Assembly: GCA_963665275.2 (NCBI GenBank)
Contig: CAXXIN010000007.1
Span: forward strand, 448,001-512,000
Direction of reading: 5' to 3'
Source: Negativicutes bacterium
GTDB lineage: Bacteria > Bacillota > Negativicutes > UBA1444
Length of the DNA: 64,000 bases
The notes beneath the pieces are model-generated. The model saw only the letters and a list, made by a program, of their open reading frames with translations. It was not told the origin of the DNA and searched no databases. This document shows positions 1 through 11,593 of the stretch, one piece after another (position 1 is the stretch's first letter; each line of letters opens with the position of its first letter). The position numbers were made by a program, and so were the translations under genes.

Positions 1-108
1 GTTCGGCGTTTGTTTGCAGGTCTAACCAAAGTGGAACTAATTGAATGTATCGGCGAAGAGTTTTCGACCACCCGGGGCCGCCCAAGCCGTTTGTACCGAC
101 TCCGCTAA
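1..108 (+). CDS. 3' end of a gene cut by the window edge; likely C-terminal winged-helix transcriptional regulator
   Basis: Frame 1 reads VRRLFAGLTKVELIECIGEEFSTTRGRPSRLYRLR*. The GRPxxxY wing motif is typical of wHTH domains. A terminator follows. Confidence 0.6.
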   Translation, partial: VRRLFAGLTKVELIECIGEEFSTTRGRPSRLYRLR

Positions 109-134
109 AAACTGCCACTACCGCTCACTCACCT

Positions 135-180
135 ACTGTCCCTCCTGTTTGATCGCAACCAGGAGGGACAGTTTTCTTTT
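135..180 (+). terminator. Intrinsic terminator
   Basis: 13-bp stem ACTGTCCCTCCTG/CAGGAGGGACAGT followed by TTTCTTTT. Confidence 0.8.
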
Positions 181-193
181 ATCAAAAAAGGGA

Positions 194-222
194 TTGAAAA
201 AATTTAAATCGCGATGTACAAT
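194..222 (+). promoter_or_regulatory. Sigma-A type promoter for the carboxyltransferase gene
   Basis: TTGAAA-17 nt-TACAAT. An inverted repeat ATTAAGGAA/TTCCTTAAT (221-252) overlaps the start region. Confidence 0.6.
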
Positions 223-356
223 TAAGGAAAATTACCGTTATTGTTCCTTAATCAAAATATATTATCAACGTGGAAATAATGAATGTAAGAAAGGAGGCGG
301 CTCCGGCTTAAAAGCGTTGAATCCCACCCCCTATTGAATTGACGAGGAGGATTATT

Positions 357-1706
357 ATGAGCAACAAACCCGTTAAAATAATGGAAACGGTTCTCCGGGA
401 CGGACATCAGTCACTTGCCGCCACACGGATGCGAACTTCAGATATGATAGAAATGCTGGAAAAACTTGATGACGTCGGTTACTTTTCTTTGGAGGCCTGG
501 GGCGGAGCAACTTTTGACAGCACCCTGCGCTTCTTGAATGAAGATCCCTGGGAACGACTCCGAATTATCAAAAAGCACCTCAAAAAAACCCCCATCCAGA
601 TGCTCCTGCGAGGACAAAACATTCTCGGCTACAACCATTACGCCGATGATGTCGTTACAGAGTTTGTCAAGCGCGCCGTATCCAACGGGGTAGGAATCGT
701 CCGTATTTTCGACGCGCTCAATGACGTTCGCAACCTCGAAGTTTCGATGAGGGTCGCCAAAGAAACTGGCGCGCACGTTCAGGGAGCCTTCGTTTACACC
801 ATCAGCCCCTTCCACACCAGCGAAACCTTTGTGAAGGTTGCCAAAGACCTGGTATCGATGGGCGCAGACTCCATCTGTATCAAGGATATGGCAGGACTGC
901 TTTCGCCGTATGTCGCCTACGATCTGGTCAAGGCGCTGAAAGCAGCGATCAGCGTTCCTATTGACATTCATTCGCATTATACCAGCGGCATGGCCGGTAT
1001 GACCTATTTGAAGGCCATTGAAGCTGGCGTCGACATCATCGACTGCGCTCTCTCTCCATTCGCCATGGGAACTTCCCAACCGGCAACAGAAGCGATGGTA
1101 GCCGCTCTGGAAAACACAGAGTATGATACCGGGATCTCGAAAGAACAGCTTTACCCCATTGCCGATCACTTCCGCATCGTCAAGAAAAATGTCGCCGAAG
1201 CTTTCAAGCTCAACACTGCCATCGACATCGACACCAAGGTGTTGTCCTTCCAGATTCCTGGCGGCATGCTGTCCAACTTCCTGAACCAACTCAAGGAACA
1301 GGGGATGGAAGACAAGTATCAGGAAATGCTCACTGAGATGCCGAAAGTACGTGCTGATCTCGGATACCCTCCGCTTGTCACTCCAACAAGCCAAATCACC
1401 GGCTCCATGGCCGCATTCAATGTCATGTTCGGTCGTTATAAGGTTGTTCCCCGTGAAGTCAAGGACCTTGCCCGTGGCAAGTATGGTCGGACGCCGGCGC
1501 CTATCAATCCCGAGGTTGCCGATCTGATTCTCCAGGGAGAAACGCTCATCACCCACCGACCGGCTGATGATATCGCGCCGCAAATGGAAATGCTGACCAA
1601 AGAATTGGCCGAAAAGGGCTATCCCAATGCTTCGGTGGAAGATGTTCTGAGTTATGCGTTATTCCCGGATGTCGCTTTGAAATTCTTTGAAACCAACCGG
1701 AAATAA
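357..1706 (+). CDS. Oxaloacetate decarboxylase alpha / pyruvate carboxylase B / transcarboxylase 5S-type carboxyltransferase, without a biotin-carrier domain
   Basis: LRDGHQSL, WGGATFD, IKDMAG, HSHYT and QIPGGMLSN motifs. RBS GAGGAGG precedes ATG 357. 449 aa, no AMKM biotin motif. Confidence 0.9.
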   Translation: MSNKPVKIMETVLRDGHQSLAATRMRTSDMIEMLEKLDDVGYFSLEAWGGATFDSTLRFLNEDPWERLRIIKKHLKKTPIQMLLRGQNILGYNHYADDVVTEFVKRAVSNGVGIVRIFDALNDVRNLEVSMRVAKETGAHVQGAFVYTISPFHTSETFVKVAKDLVSMGADSICIKDMAGLLSPYVAYDLVKALKAAISVPIDIHSHYTSGMAGMTYLKAIEAGVDIIDCALSPFAMGTSQPATEAMVAALENTEYDTGISKEQLYPIADHFRIVKKNVAEAFKLNTAIDIDTKVLSFQIPGGMLSNFLNQLKEQGMEDKYQEMLTEMPKVRADLGYPPLVTPTSQITGSMAAFNVMFGRYKVVPREVKDLARGKYGRTPAPINPEVADLILQGETLITHRPADDIAPQMEMLTKELAEKGYPNASVEDVLSYALFPDVALKFFETNRK

Positions 1707-1765
1707 AAAATATCGGTGACATTGGTAGAAACAGATAAGAAACTTGATGTCCATAGTAGTAAAAG

Positions 1766-1803
1766 GGAGCGTAACCAGTGGTTACGCTCCTGCTTTGTTT
1801 TTT
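1766..1803 (+). terminator. Intrinsic terminator between convergent genes
   Basis: GGAGCGTAACCA/TGGTTACGCTCC stem plus T tract. Confidence 0.75.
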
Positions 1804-1819
1804 CCAGGTATGAAGTCCA

Positions 1820-3830
1820 CTATTCAGCCCGGACATCCACTTTCACATCGTAGAACGTGCTGCCATGAGCCCGATCTGTCATCCGCTGCGAAGTAAGGGC
1901 GTTAATCGTTCTTTTTCCTGGCGCATCTCTCAGCCAGGATACACCGTCAGCTACCAGCACTCCTAAAGGAACACTATCGGTGAGTTTGAGAATGAAAGTG
2001 ACATCCCCGTTTTCGTTCCCTACGACAACACGCTGCCCCGCCACCAGATTCATCTTTTCGGCGTCTTGCGGGTTCATGCCGATGGACATCGGCCCTTTTT
2101 TCGCCACCAGGTCTGGTCGTTCATTGAACGAGGAATTCAAAGTATATAGGCTCGGAGCAGTAACCAGATTGAACGAACCGTTGCCACCATAAGGTGAAAA
2201 CCAATCCGGCAGAGGCGCCGACTCGCGGGGATTTACAATTTCGATTTTTCCCGACGGAGTTCGGAACTGCATCTTGTAATTTTCCGGCAGCGGCAGCACC
2301 ATTGGTTCTCCGGCCTTTACTTTTTCCATATCGACCCCGGACAGCCAACTTCCAGGATTGGCAAACAGGGCTTCCAGCAGTTCTTCGCCCGTTTGTTTGA
2401 AGAAGGGATCTTCAATACCCATCGCATCCGCCAACAAACGAAATACCTCCCAGTTCGGCTTCGCTTCTCCCACCGGCGGGATGCAAGCGTCCGCCCTCTG
2501 GAATCCATAGTGTCCATAGGATCTGTATACGTCGACGTGTTCCGCCGAAGAAGTCGCAGGCAAAATGATATCGGCATACAGCGCTGTATCCGTCATAAAC
2601 CGCTCGTGAACGACAGTGAATAGATCTTCCCTAGACAACCCCTGGATAATCCTGTTTTGATCCGGATAAACAGCCGCCGGATTCGAATTATACACATAAA
2701 GGCTCTTGATAGGAGGGTCGCTCTGTTGGTTGAGCGCATCCCCCAATTGGTTGATACTTACCATGCGTGTTGGCTTGGTCATGAACTCTTCGCGGGTGAT
2801 GATTCCCGTATTGAATGCGCTACCTGTGGAAATATCCCCCACAGTTCCACCACCGGGTTTGGCCATGGCGCCCACGAGGGCTGGCAGGCAAGTAATCAGC
2901 CGGGCCGTCATCGCCCCGTTGCCATAGCGGTAGAGGCCACTGCCTTGTCGAATGAACGGCGCCCTGGCTTTCCCATAGAGCATGGGCCAATTCAGTCAAT
3001 ACCTCAACTGAGACGCCAGTGATCGCCGCAACCTTTCCCGGGGTGTAGCGGGGCAGTACCTCTGCCTCCAATTGCTCGAAGCCCTGCACCTGTGTTTGCA
3101 GAAATTGTCTGTCGACCAGCCCGTCACGAACCAATAAATGCATCACTCCAAGCGCCAGCGCACCGTCGGTCCCCGGTTTGACCAGCACCAAACGGTCTGC
3201 TGTCGTCGCAGCTGTTTCGGTCTTGTGAGTTTCAATGACCCAGACTTGCGCGCCCTGTTTCTTTGCTTCTCGCACGGGGTGGAGAAAATGAATATTCGTC
3301 GCCAGTGTGTGCGCACCCCAGATGATGATCATATCGCTTAGCGCCGCTTCATCCGGAGTGGCCTGTAGTGTTGCGCCCATGACCGCTTCCCAGCCATATC
3401 CTTTGGCTGCGGAGCAAAGAGTCCTTTCCATGCGGGATGCGCCAAGTTTATAAAACAAGGCATGGCCGGCATTGCGCTGAAGCAACCCCATCGTTCCGGC
3501 ATAAGAGGCCGGCAGAATCGATTCTCCGCCATATTCGCTGATCTGCTGTCGCCAGCGGTCGGCGATGCGGCTCACTGCATCATCCCAGGAAATTTCGCGG
3601 AACTCTCCCGTGCCTTTGGCCCCGACCCGCAGTAACGGGGTAGTCAGCCGCATGGGCGAATGAATGCTTCGTTCGTAATGCACCATTTTAGGGCACAGGA
3701 CTCCCCGCGTGTACGGATGGGCGGGATCACCACGAACGCCGCTCACCTGATCCCCGGTGACCTCAATCAGCAAGCCGCAGGCATCCGGGCAATCAAAGGG
3801 GCAGACGGAGCGTTTCACTGTCGTGTTCAT
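1820..3830 (-). CDS. Molybdopterin oxidoreductase family protein (4Fe-4S + Mo-bisPGD), one frameshift near 2985
   Basis: N-terminal CPFDCPDAC...C, HPYTRGVLCPK, DIILPAT and FRTPSGKIE motifs, split across ORFs 2820-3830 and 1820-2983. Confidence 0.85.
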
Positions 3831-3869
3831 GTTACCCTCACCATTCCTGTCGTAAAATCGCTGACTGTG

Positions 3870-5274
3870 CTATTCTACCGTGAATATTTTGCCGGGATTT
3901 AGGATCAGATTCGGGTCAAGCGCTTTTTTTATCGCCCGCATCATATCCAGCTCATCAGGATTCGTGTATTCCTCCATCAAATGCCGTCTCTTGTAACCAA
4001 TTCCATGTTCACCGGAAAGTTTGCCGCCCAATTTATAAACCAGCGTGTATATTTCTTTCTGAAATGCCTTCAATGTACTATCCCATACATCGTCAGCAAG
4101 CTGCCCTTTCAGCACATGGAAATGGACGTTGCCGTCACCGGCATGGCTGGCGATGCGAGCCGCCAGACCGTATTTTTCGCTAATTCGAGCTGCTTCATGC
4201 ATCAGGTTGGCAATTTGGTTGACCGGCACCACCATGTCTTCTTTCGACTGGATTAGACTCTCTTCGCGCGCCGCTTCCAGGAAAGATTTTCGCGCGTGCC
4301 AGATTTTGGCCGGGTCGGCTACCAGCACTTCCAGCGCGCCGTTGGCCATACAGAGTTCATCCAAGAGAACGCTCTTGTCTTCGAGATCTTCGTCGTTCTG
4401 TCCCTCCACCTGAATGATGATATAGTTTCCCACATCACTGTGCGGCTGTTTCGCCTTCAGGAAGTGCTCGACGCTTTTGACTGTCGCATTGTCCATAAAT
4501 TCCACGCAAGTCGGCGTGATGCCTGCCTTGATGACTTTCGTCACGATCTCGATCGCCTGATCAACCGTTGGGAAAATGGCCAGGAGGTCGATGACATTAT
4601 GCGGCATCGGCTTGAGCCGCAAGGTAATCTCCGTGATGATCCCGAGGGTCCCCTCGGCGCCCATCACCAGATGATCCAACGAATATCCGGTAGTCGATTT
4701 TTCCAGGCGACCTCCGAGCTGCAGAACTTTCCCGAGAGGTGTCACAACTTCGAATCCGTACACTTGATTCCGGGTCGTACCGTATTTGATCGCCCGGTTG
4801 CCACCGGCATTAGTCGCCACATTCCCGCCGATAACGCAGCTGTCGCCGCTGCAGGGATCTCCTGCATAGAAGAGGCCCTTTTCCTTAGCCGCCTTTTGCA
4901 CGTCATCCGTTCGCACCCCCGGCTGCACCACCATATACATGGCTTCCTCATTGATTTCCAGCACCTGATTCATGCGTTCGGTGCTGATGACAATTCCGCC
5001 GAAAAGGGGAACCGCAGCAGCCGCCAACCCAGTTCCGCCACCACGCGCCACTACCGGCAACAGTTCCCGGTTCGCCAACTTCATGACCTCCGCGATCTGT
5101 TGGGGCATTATCCGGGAAAACCACGGCCTCCGGCATATGCTGGTAGCGGGGATCGGTTTCTTCATCATGGGAGTAGGTTGCCATTTTTTCCGGATCCACC
5201 GTCACGTTTTTCGCGCCAACAATGCTTTCCAGTTCCGTGATCAGAGCTGTCGTCAGTAGATTGTATTTTGTCAC
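3870..5274 (-). CDS. FAD-linked oxidase, GlcD/LctD-like (D-2-hydroxyacid dehydrogenase), frameshift near 5110
   Basis: ARGGGTGL, GGNVATNAGG, HAGDGNVH, SGEHGIG and DPNLILNPGKI motifs. N-terminus (YSHDET) is in another frame. GTG start with RBS. Confidence 0.85.
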
Positions 5275-5356
5275 ACTAATTCCCCCTTTGGTCTCTATCT
5301 TCTTGTCGTCACGCACGAGCCGATCCCAAGACCGACTGCGGGTGTATCTCACGAGA

Positions 5357-7003
5357 CTATCCGATAAACTCACGCAAAATAGAAGTCAACGGCACCTGTT
5401 CGTCAGGCGCTTGGCGGAAATGCCGCAAAAACCCTGTCAATCGCCGAGCTTCCAGATACTCTGGAAATTCTGGCGTGATTTTGGCCAGCAGCGGTTCCGC
5501 ATACTTTCGCAAAACAGATACCTCATAGATCAAGGCCGAATTGAACATCACATCCGCCTGCTCCTGAAACGGAAAGATGTTGACTTCCTCGCCGCTGCGC
5601 ACAGAAGGCCACATTTTCAACGTCGTTAGCGCATCATGGCTGCGGAACTGATTGTCACGGACGATTCGGCGAATCAGCCGGGTATCGGTAGTGGGAATCC
5701 GGTTGTGGTTATCAATCGCCAGCTGCGTCAAAGCGCTGATATAGATCGACAGTTTGTGATCGCGGCTCACGGAAGCCGTTAACTGGGGATTCAGTCCATG
5801 GATTCCCTCCACCAGCAAGACATGATTCGGCCCAACCTGCAGTTTTTTCCCGTGGTATTCCCGGCGGCCGGTTTTAAAATTGTAGTGGGGCGGTTCAACA
5901 GCCTCCCCTGCCAGCAATTCTGACTAGATGGTTGTTAAACAAAGGCAGATCCAGAGCCTGAATCGACTCAAAATCGTAGTCGCCGTTCTCAGTTTTCGGC
6001 GACTGTTCCCGTTCCAAAAAATAATCATCCAGAGAAATGGGCACGGGCCTGATTCCATGAACCCGCAATTGAACTCCCAAGCGCTGCGAAAATGTTGTTT
6101 TGCCGGAAGAAGACGGACCGGCAATCAGGACGATTTTAACCGTCCTTACGCTGTTGGTCCACCATGTCGGCGATTGCGGCCACTTTTTTTTCATGCAGCG
6201 CTTCAGCTACCCGCAAAATTTCCAAAAAACCACCCGCGGACAGTTCTTCATTCAGTTGAGCTACCGTGGGACACCCCAGAAGCTCTCCCCATTGCTCCGC
6301 CTCCAAAAAAACTTGTGCTAATTTGGGGTTATCGACAAATCTGGGCACGGAACTCGGATTTTTTTTATCGGGAAATCTCAAAACGAATCCCGGCGCATAA
6401 TACTTCAGCCTAAAGTGTTTCAAATAGCCGGTTTCAGGAACCATCGGTCCGTAAAAATAATCCATAACTCCATCACAAGTGTACAAGCTGACGGTATCTC
6501 TTTCGATCTGGCGCAGCAAACACACCTTTTCAGGATTGCCAGCCTTTGCAAATTTTTCAATTGCCTCGCTGAGCGGTTGATTGTGTCGCACTATCGATAA
6601 ATTCTCCGCAATTACAACAGACATCTCTTGCTGCAGTAATTTCACGTCCATCTCTGTCACGCTGCGTCCCAGCAACCACTCGAAATAAACGCCGTTACCC
6701 AGAGAATGTTCGACCACGATATCCTTGCCGGGAAACAGGCGCTGCGCCGCCCACGATCAAAACAAAGGTCAGGCTTCGTTCATAAACCTTTATCCCCTGC
6801 CCCGAAGTCAGATCAAAAAAATCCACTTCGGCATCGGTGTGCTGACTTGCCTGCAAATCCGTCAGGGCGTTATTTACCCGTGCCGCCACGATCCGAGATC
6901 GAAAGTGAGTCTGCCGTTCACGGGCCATCGCCAATAGAGTCGTGCCTACTGCATATGTTTTTGTCGATCCGTCGGCGAAACGGACCCGGATTTCCCCGTT
7001 CAT
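5357..7003 (-). CDS. Nucleoside/uridine kinase-like protein with N-terminal TGS and ThrRS-like domains, three frameshifts
   Basis: AGPSSSGKTT P-loop, ISLDDYF, LVEGIHGLN, RRIVRD and FNSALIYE across four consecutive ORFs. Confidence 0.8.
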
Positions 7004-7037
7004 GATTTCGTCTCCTCTTTCAACCGATAGTAACTAA

Positions 7038-7067
7038 GAAGGACGGACCGCAAGCGATCCGTCCTCC
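7038..7067 (-). terminator. Probable terminator after the aminotransferase
   Basis: GGACGGA/TCCGTCC hairpin with a short T-rich tail on the minus strand. Confidence 0.5.
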
Positions 7068-7086
7068 GCTTCAAAGACGCAGCTTT

Positions 7087-8331
7087 TTATTTTACTGCAT
7101 CCATGGCTGCTTTAAATTTAGCGGCCATGCCTTTGATTTTCTCGGTTGGAACGGCGCACACCGCGATCCGAATCCCTTTGCCGAGCGCAACGGCAAAGAT
7201 GTTTTCCGCATTCAGTTTTTCTACAACCGCATCAGGACTATTCGTTGGAACCGACAGGAAATACCCGGCGCTGTACGGCAGCATTGTTAGATTGGCGGCA
7301 GCCGCTTCCTTAGTGAAAATATCCGCCCGCCGTTTGATCAGCTGGTAATAACCTGCGCGTTCCTTTTCCACTTGCGCATAGAGCTCCTTGTCGGCGTAGA
7401 TCATTGCCATCATACGCATCACGCCACGGTTGATATTGGACCAGGTGGCCCGGTTGCTGTACTGGTTGATGTCCTCGAATTCCTTGGCCACATCGGCATC
7501 GGAGGTCACACCGATCATGGCGCCGACACGCTGTCCATACATTGTATAAGATTTGGACATACTGAAGCCCACAATGAACAACAGATTGGCCGGCATCTTG
7601 CCCAGCTTGGAAAAGAACTTTCGGCAGGCATTCCGTTCACCTGAAAAATCAAGATACGCAATGTCGATCACGACCGTGATTTTCTTTGCAGGGTTTTGGG
7701 CCGCAGTTTTCAGAATATCGATGATCCCGTCCCATTCGGCATCCGTCACAGTGTAACCTGTGGGGTTGTGGGCCGGAGTATTCAGAATGACAAGCAGGTT
7801 GTTCTGTTTTTCCAGCAGTGCCTTGATTTTGGATTCGAACGACGGCGCATTGAACTGCATTTTTTCATTGAACAGCGAAAACGTGTCAAGTTTGCGCAGT
7901 ACTTCCTCGCAGAGGACTTTGTAAGGTCCCCAGTACCAGTCCGTAGTCAGTACGGTGTCGTGAAGCTCAGTATAGTTCCAGATGGCATGGTGCAACACAC
8001 CAGATCCGCCGGAAGTGGCGACAGCTTTAGTGAAAGCATCCGGTCGGCTGTCCCCGAAAACATGGTTCATCGCTGCATTCAGAAAATCAGGTAAACCAGC
8101 GATCGGAGCATAATTAATGACTTCAGTAATCGGAACGCTGCGATAGACTTGCTCCACCGTAGGCAGACAAACCAATTGCTCGTTATCATCGAGCAGCGCG
8201 CCGATTGTGGCGTTGGTCACCTTATCCTTGCCAAATTGAGCTACGGCTTTGACCGCCAAAGCATTGGCCCCGAAAATTTTATCGGTGGCTACTTTTCCTA
8301 TCGAGTGAGACGCTGCAACTGTGTTACCCAT
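7087..8331 (-). CDS. PLP-dependent aminotransferase class I/II (aspartate aminotransferase-like)
   Basis: NATIG, HNPTG, DIAY and FSMSKSYTMYGQRVG (PLP lysine) motifs. Confidence 0.85.
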   Translation of the reverse strand: MGNTVAASHSIGKVATDKIFGANALAVKAVAQFGKDKVTNATIGALLDDNEQLVCLPTVEQVYRSVPITEVINYAPIAGLPDFLNAAMNHVFGDSRPDAFTKAVATSGGSGVLHHAIWNYTELHDTVLTTDWYWGPYKVLCEEVLRKLDTFSLFNEKMQFNAPSFESKIKALLEKQNNLLVILNTPAHNPTGYTVTDAEWDGIIDILKTAAQNPAKKITVVIDIAYLDFSGERNACRKFFSKLGKMPANLLFIVGFSMSKSYTMYGQRVGAMIGVTSDADVAKEFEDINQYSNRATWSNINRGVMRMMAMIYADKELYAQVEKERAGYYQLIKRRADIFTKEAAAANLTMLPYSAGYFLSVPTNSPDAVVEKLNAENIFAVALGKGIRIAVCAVPTEKIKGMAAKFKAAMDAVK

Positions 8332-8425
8332 TATGAATTCCTCCTATCGCTTTCTAAAGTTACTCTTTGATTGTGTTCATTGTATTATATTAGTACGCTT
8401 CATTTCCACCCCTTGGCGAAAATGG

Positions 8426-9722
8426 TCAGGGATACATTTTATGCAACATGCGCGGAAAGGGAATTGATTCCCTGATATGATCCAGTCCGCAAATCCAGGC
8501 CACCGTGCGCTCGATGCCCAAACCAAAACCCGAATGCGGCACTGAGCCATAGCGCCGCAGATCCAGATACCATTCAAACGCTTCGCGCGGCAACTGGTGC
8601 TCGGCAATTCTCTTTTCCAGCAGCGCCAAATCATCAATACGCTGCCCGCCGCCAATCATCTCGCCGTATCCCTCAGGCGCCAGCAAATCTGCCCCTAACA
8701 CCACCTGATCATTTTCCGGATCGGGTTTCATGTAGAAGGCCTTGATTGCAGTAGGATATCTGTGAACAAACACCGGTGATTCAAAATGATTGCCGATGAT
8801 CGTTTCGTGAGGCGCTCCGAAGTCATCGCCCCATTCGAAGGTCTCACCCGCTTTATTCAGCAGCTCGACAGCCTCGGTATAGCTAATGCGCGGGAATGGT
8901 TTTTTCACGGCCTGCAGCTTGGAAATATCGCGTTCGAGCAGTTTCAGTTCATTCATGCAGCGATCAAGCACGCGCTCAACCACAAAAACGACCATGTCTT
9001 CCTGCAAGCGCATATTGTCATCCACATCAAAAAATGCCGCTTCCGCCTCAATCATCCAGAATTCCAGCAAATGCCGCCGGGTCTTGGACTTTTCCGCCCG
9101 GAACGTTGGGCCAAAACAATAGATCCTGCCTAGCGCAGCCGCTGTCGCCTCATTGTAGAGTTGTCCGCTTTGTGACAGATACGCCTTTTCGCCATGGTAG
9201 TCAATTTCAAACAAGTTGGTCGTGCCTTCGCAGGCTGCCGGAGTGATGATCGGTGCATCCGCCAGTAAAAAGTCGTTCCGGTAGAAAAACTCGCGCAACG
9301 CGAACTCAATTTCGGCCCGGACCCGCAGGATAGCCGCCTGTTTGGGCGTCCGGATCCAGAGGTGTCGGCGTTCCGCCAAAAAGTCCACTCCGTGCTCCTT
9401 CAGGCTGATGGGGTATTCCTCAGCAATACTGACTACCTCCAGCCCTGTAACGTCCAGTTCGTAGCCGCCCACCGCACGCGGTTCCGCCCGGACGGTTCCC
9501 CGCAAGCGAAGCGAGCCTCTCCTGCGTCAACGTTTCTGCGACCGCAAACGCCTCCGCGTTGCTTTTTAGCAACACTCCCTGCACCGTACCGGACCCGTCG
9601 CGCATAATCAGAAACGCGATTTTCCCTGACGAGCGTTTATTATAGAGCCAACCGCTAATTTCGACTTCTTGCCCGACATGCTCCGACAGATGCTTAATCA
9701 ATGTGGAAGTCAAACAATCCAC
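8426..9722 (-). CDS. asnS: Asparagine--tRNA ligase, frameshift near 9510
   Basis: [40 protein letters not shown] and [11 protein letters not shown] motifs. Confidence 0.92.
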
Positions 9723-9739
9723 CCCTTCGTTAGTTCGTT

Positions 9740-10975
9740 TCAGACCCGATTCTTGTCGTCGCGGAAAAACGCCTCGTGAATCGCGTTAACAGCATCTTTT
9801 GCCCGTTCTTCCCTGATCAGGCAAGACAGGCTGATTTCCGAGGTGCTGATGACTTCTATATTGATGCCGGCGCTCGATAGTGCGCCAAACATCCGGGCTG
9901 CCATGCCGGGGCTGCCTAGCATGCCGGCGCCGACGATCGACACCTTTGCCACAGCTTCATCAACCACTACGCCCAGCACTCCCAAATTGGCGCCGACTTT
10001 TTCCATGATGGCCCGGGTCTGGGCGGCATCTCCCTTGGTCACGGTGAAGACGATATCATTGATCTTCTTGTCCGCATTTCGGATGCTCTGTACGATCATA
10101 TCCACGTCGATATTGGCTTCGGCCAACGCAGAGAAAACCTTGAAAGCGATTCCCGGCTTGTCAGGCACACCCAATACTGCTACTTTGGCGACATTCATAT
10201 CGTGGGTGACCCCACGCACCACAAAATCTTTTTCTTCCATCGTGTACCCCTCCCTGATTATCGTCCCTGGCTCGGTGGTAAAAGTGGAACGGACATGAAT
10301 CGGCACCCCGTATCGCGAACCGAGTTCGACCGAACGCGGCTGCATGACTCCAGCGCCCAGTCGGGCCATCTCCAGCATCTCATTGTAGGTGATTTCCTTC
10401 ATTTTTCGCGCTGTTTTCACTACGCGCGGATCTGCAGAGTACACACCATCCACGTCGGTATAGATTTCGCACACCTTCGCGTCAAGAGCCCCTGCCAACG
10501 CCACTGCCGTCGTATCCGACCCGCCCCGGCCCAGTGTCATGATGTCACCATTGGGCGATACACCCTGAAACCCTGCTACCACCACGATATTGCCACGGGA
10601 TAGCTCTTCGAAGACCCGGTCCGGATTTATTTCCGTGATCCGTCCCTTCATGTGCACCGAATTAGTCCGAATTCCCGCCTGCGGCCCTGTCAGGGAAACC
10701 GCCGGGCAACCCAGATCAGCAAAAGCCATCGCCAATAGAGCAATCGTAACCTGTTCACCAGTTGCCAGGAGCATGTCCATTTCCCGACTACGCGTCGTAC
10801 CGGTCACATTTTTCGCCAAAGTGATTAAATCGTCGGTAGTGTCGCCCATCGCGGACACCGTCACCACGATTTGGTCATCCGGGCCCTTTTCCCGTACCAC
10901 CCGAGCTGCAACCGCCTTGATTTTCTCAGGCGTAGCCACCGAACTGCCACCAAATTTCTTTACCACGATTCCCAT
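9740..10975 (-). CDS. lysC: Aspartate kinase with two ACT domains
   Basis: [37 protein letters not shown] and STSEI motifs. Confidence 0.93.
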   Translation of the reverse strand: MGIVVKKFGGSSVATPEKIKAVAARVVREKGPDDQIVVTVSAMGDTTDDLITLAKNVTGTTRSREMDMLLATGEQVTIALLAMAFADLGCPAVSLTGPQAGIRTNSVHMKGRITEINPDRVFEELSRGNIVVVAGFQGVSPNGDIMTLGRGGSDTTAVALAGALDAKVCEIYTDVDGVYSADPRVVKTARKMKEITYNEMLEMARLGAGVMQPRSVELGSRYGVPIHVRSTFTTEPGTIIREGYTMEEKDFVVRGVTHDMNVAKVAVLGVPDKPGIAFKVFSALAEANIDVDMIVQSIRNADKKINDIVFTVTKGDAAQTRAIMEKVGANLGVLGVVVDEAVAKVSIVGAGMLGSPGMAARMFGALSSAGINIEVISTSEISLSCLIREERAKDAVNAIHEAFFRDDKNRV

Positions 10976-11059
10976 GCTTACATCCCCCTGTTCAGCCAGA
11001 TAAACATTTTATTTATTCGCCACGAAATGACAAAACCCTGCCGTCAAGAGACACTCCGT

Positions 11060-11090
11060 AAAAAAAAGGCCCCGGAAATCCGGAGCCTTT
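11060..11090 (-). terminator. Intrinsic terminator after the superoxide reductase
   Basis: AAAGGCTCCGG/CCGGGGCCTTT hairpin followed by a T8 run on the minus strand. Confidence 0.7.
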
Positions 11091-11106
11091 CACGTGCGTC
11101 AAGAAT

Positions 11107-11502
11107 TTACACCTCGACTTTAATGGCTTGCGAGCTTTCCCATAGTCCGTGGATATTACAATAGGCGACCGCCAAAAGGGTTCCCGATCCCATCAATTTC
11201 AACACCGCGTGAGCCGTTGGTTCGGTCAATGCCGCCCCTTTGTTTGGCCCTTCGGCTGATTCAGCATGGGCGCTGAACTCAAAGCTTCCCACTTCGTAAG
11301 CGAATTTTCCCGCATCGGGCTTGAAGTAAAGTCGAATCGAGCGGATATGGTGTTCCGTTGTGTTCGGATGGGCAATCTCCTTGCCTACGGATAACTCAAC
11401 CACGAACTTTTCACCGGCTTTGACGCTTTCCGGAGCCACAATGACCGGAACATGTTTTTCTGCTTTCCAGTCCGCCGTTTGAACAATTTCTGCTAATTTC
11501 AT
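11107..11502 (-). CDS. Superoxide reductase (neelaredoxin / class II SORL domain)
   Basis: EKHVP, HPNTTEHHI and YCNIHGLW iron ligands. Confidence 0.9.
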   Translation of the reverse strand: MKLAEIVQTADWKAEKHVPVIVAPESVKAGEKFVVELSVGKEIAHPNTTEHHIRSIRLYFKPDAGKFAYEVGSFEFSAHAESAEGPNKGAALTEPTAHAVLKLMGSGTLLAVAYCNIHGLWESSQAIKVEV

Positions 11503-11593
11503 TCTAACACCCTCCTATCATTTTTCATTGATGCTTCGCAACGAAGCCTCTCTAATTTCATTTCCCGATTCATTCGCAAATCCCTGCCGAAAA

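Noticed and set aside
438-1583. Long antisense ORFs (also 4296-5240, 12969-13844, 35404-36204, 37331-38374, 58777-59553)
   Set aside because: They are shadows of well-supported genes on the opposite strand and have no motifs.
9500-9525. Programmed frameshifting in asnS and other split genes
   Set aside because: There are no consistent slippery sites or stimulators, and too many unrelated genes are affected.
10976-11060. Lysine riboswitch or T-box ahead of lysC-asnS
   Set aside because: The intergenic space is too short and lacks the consensus.
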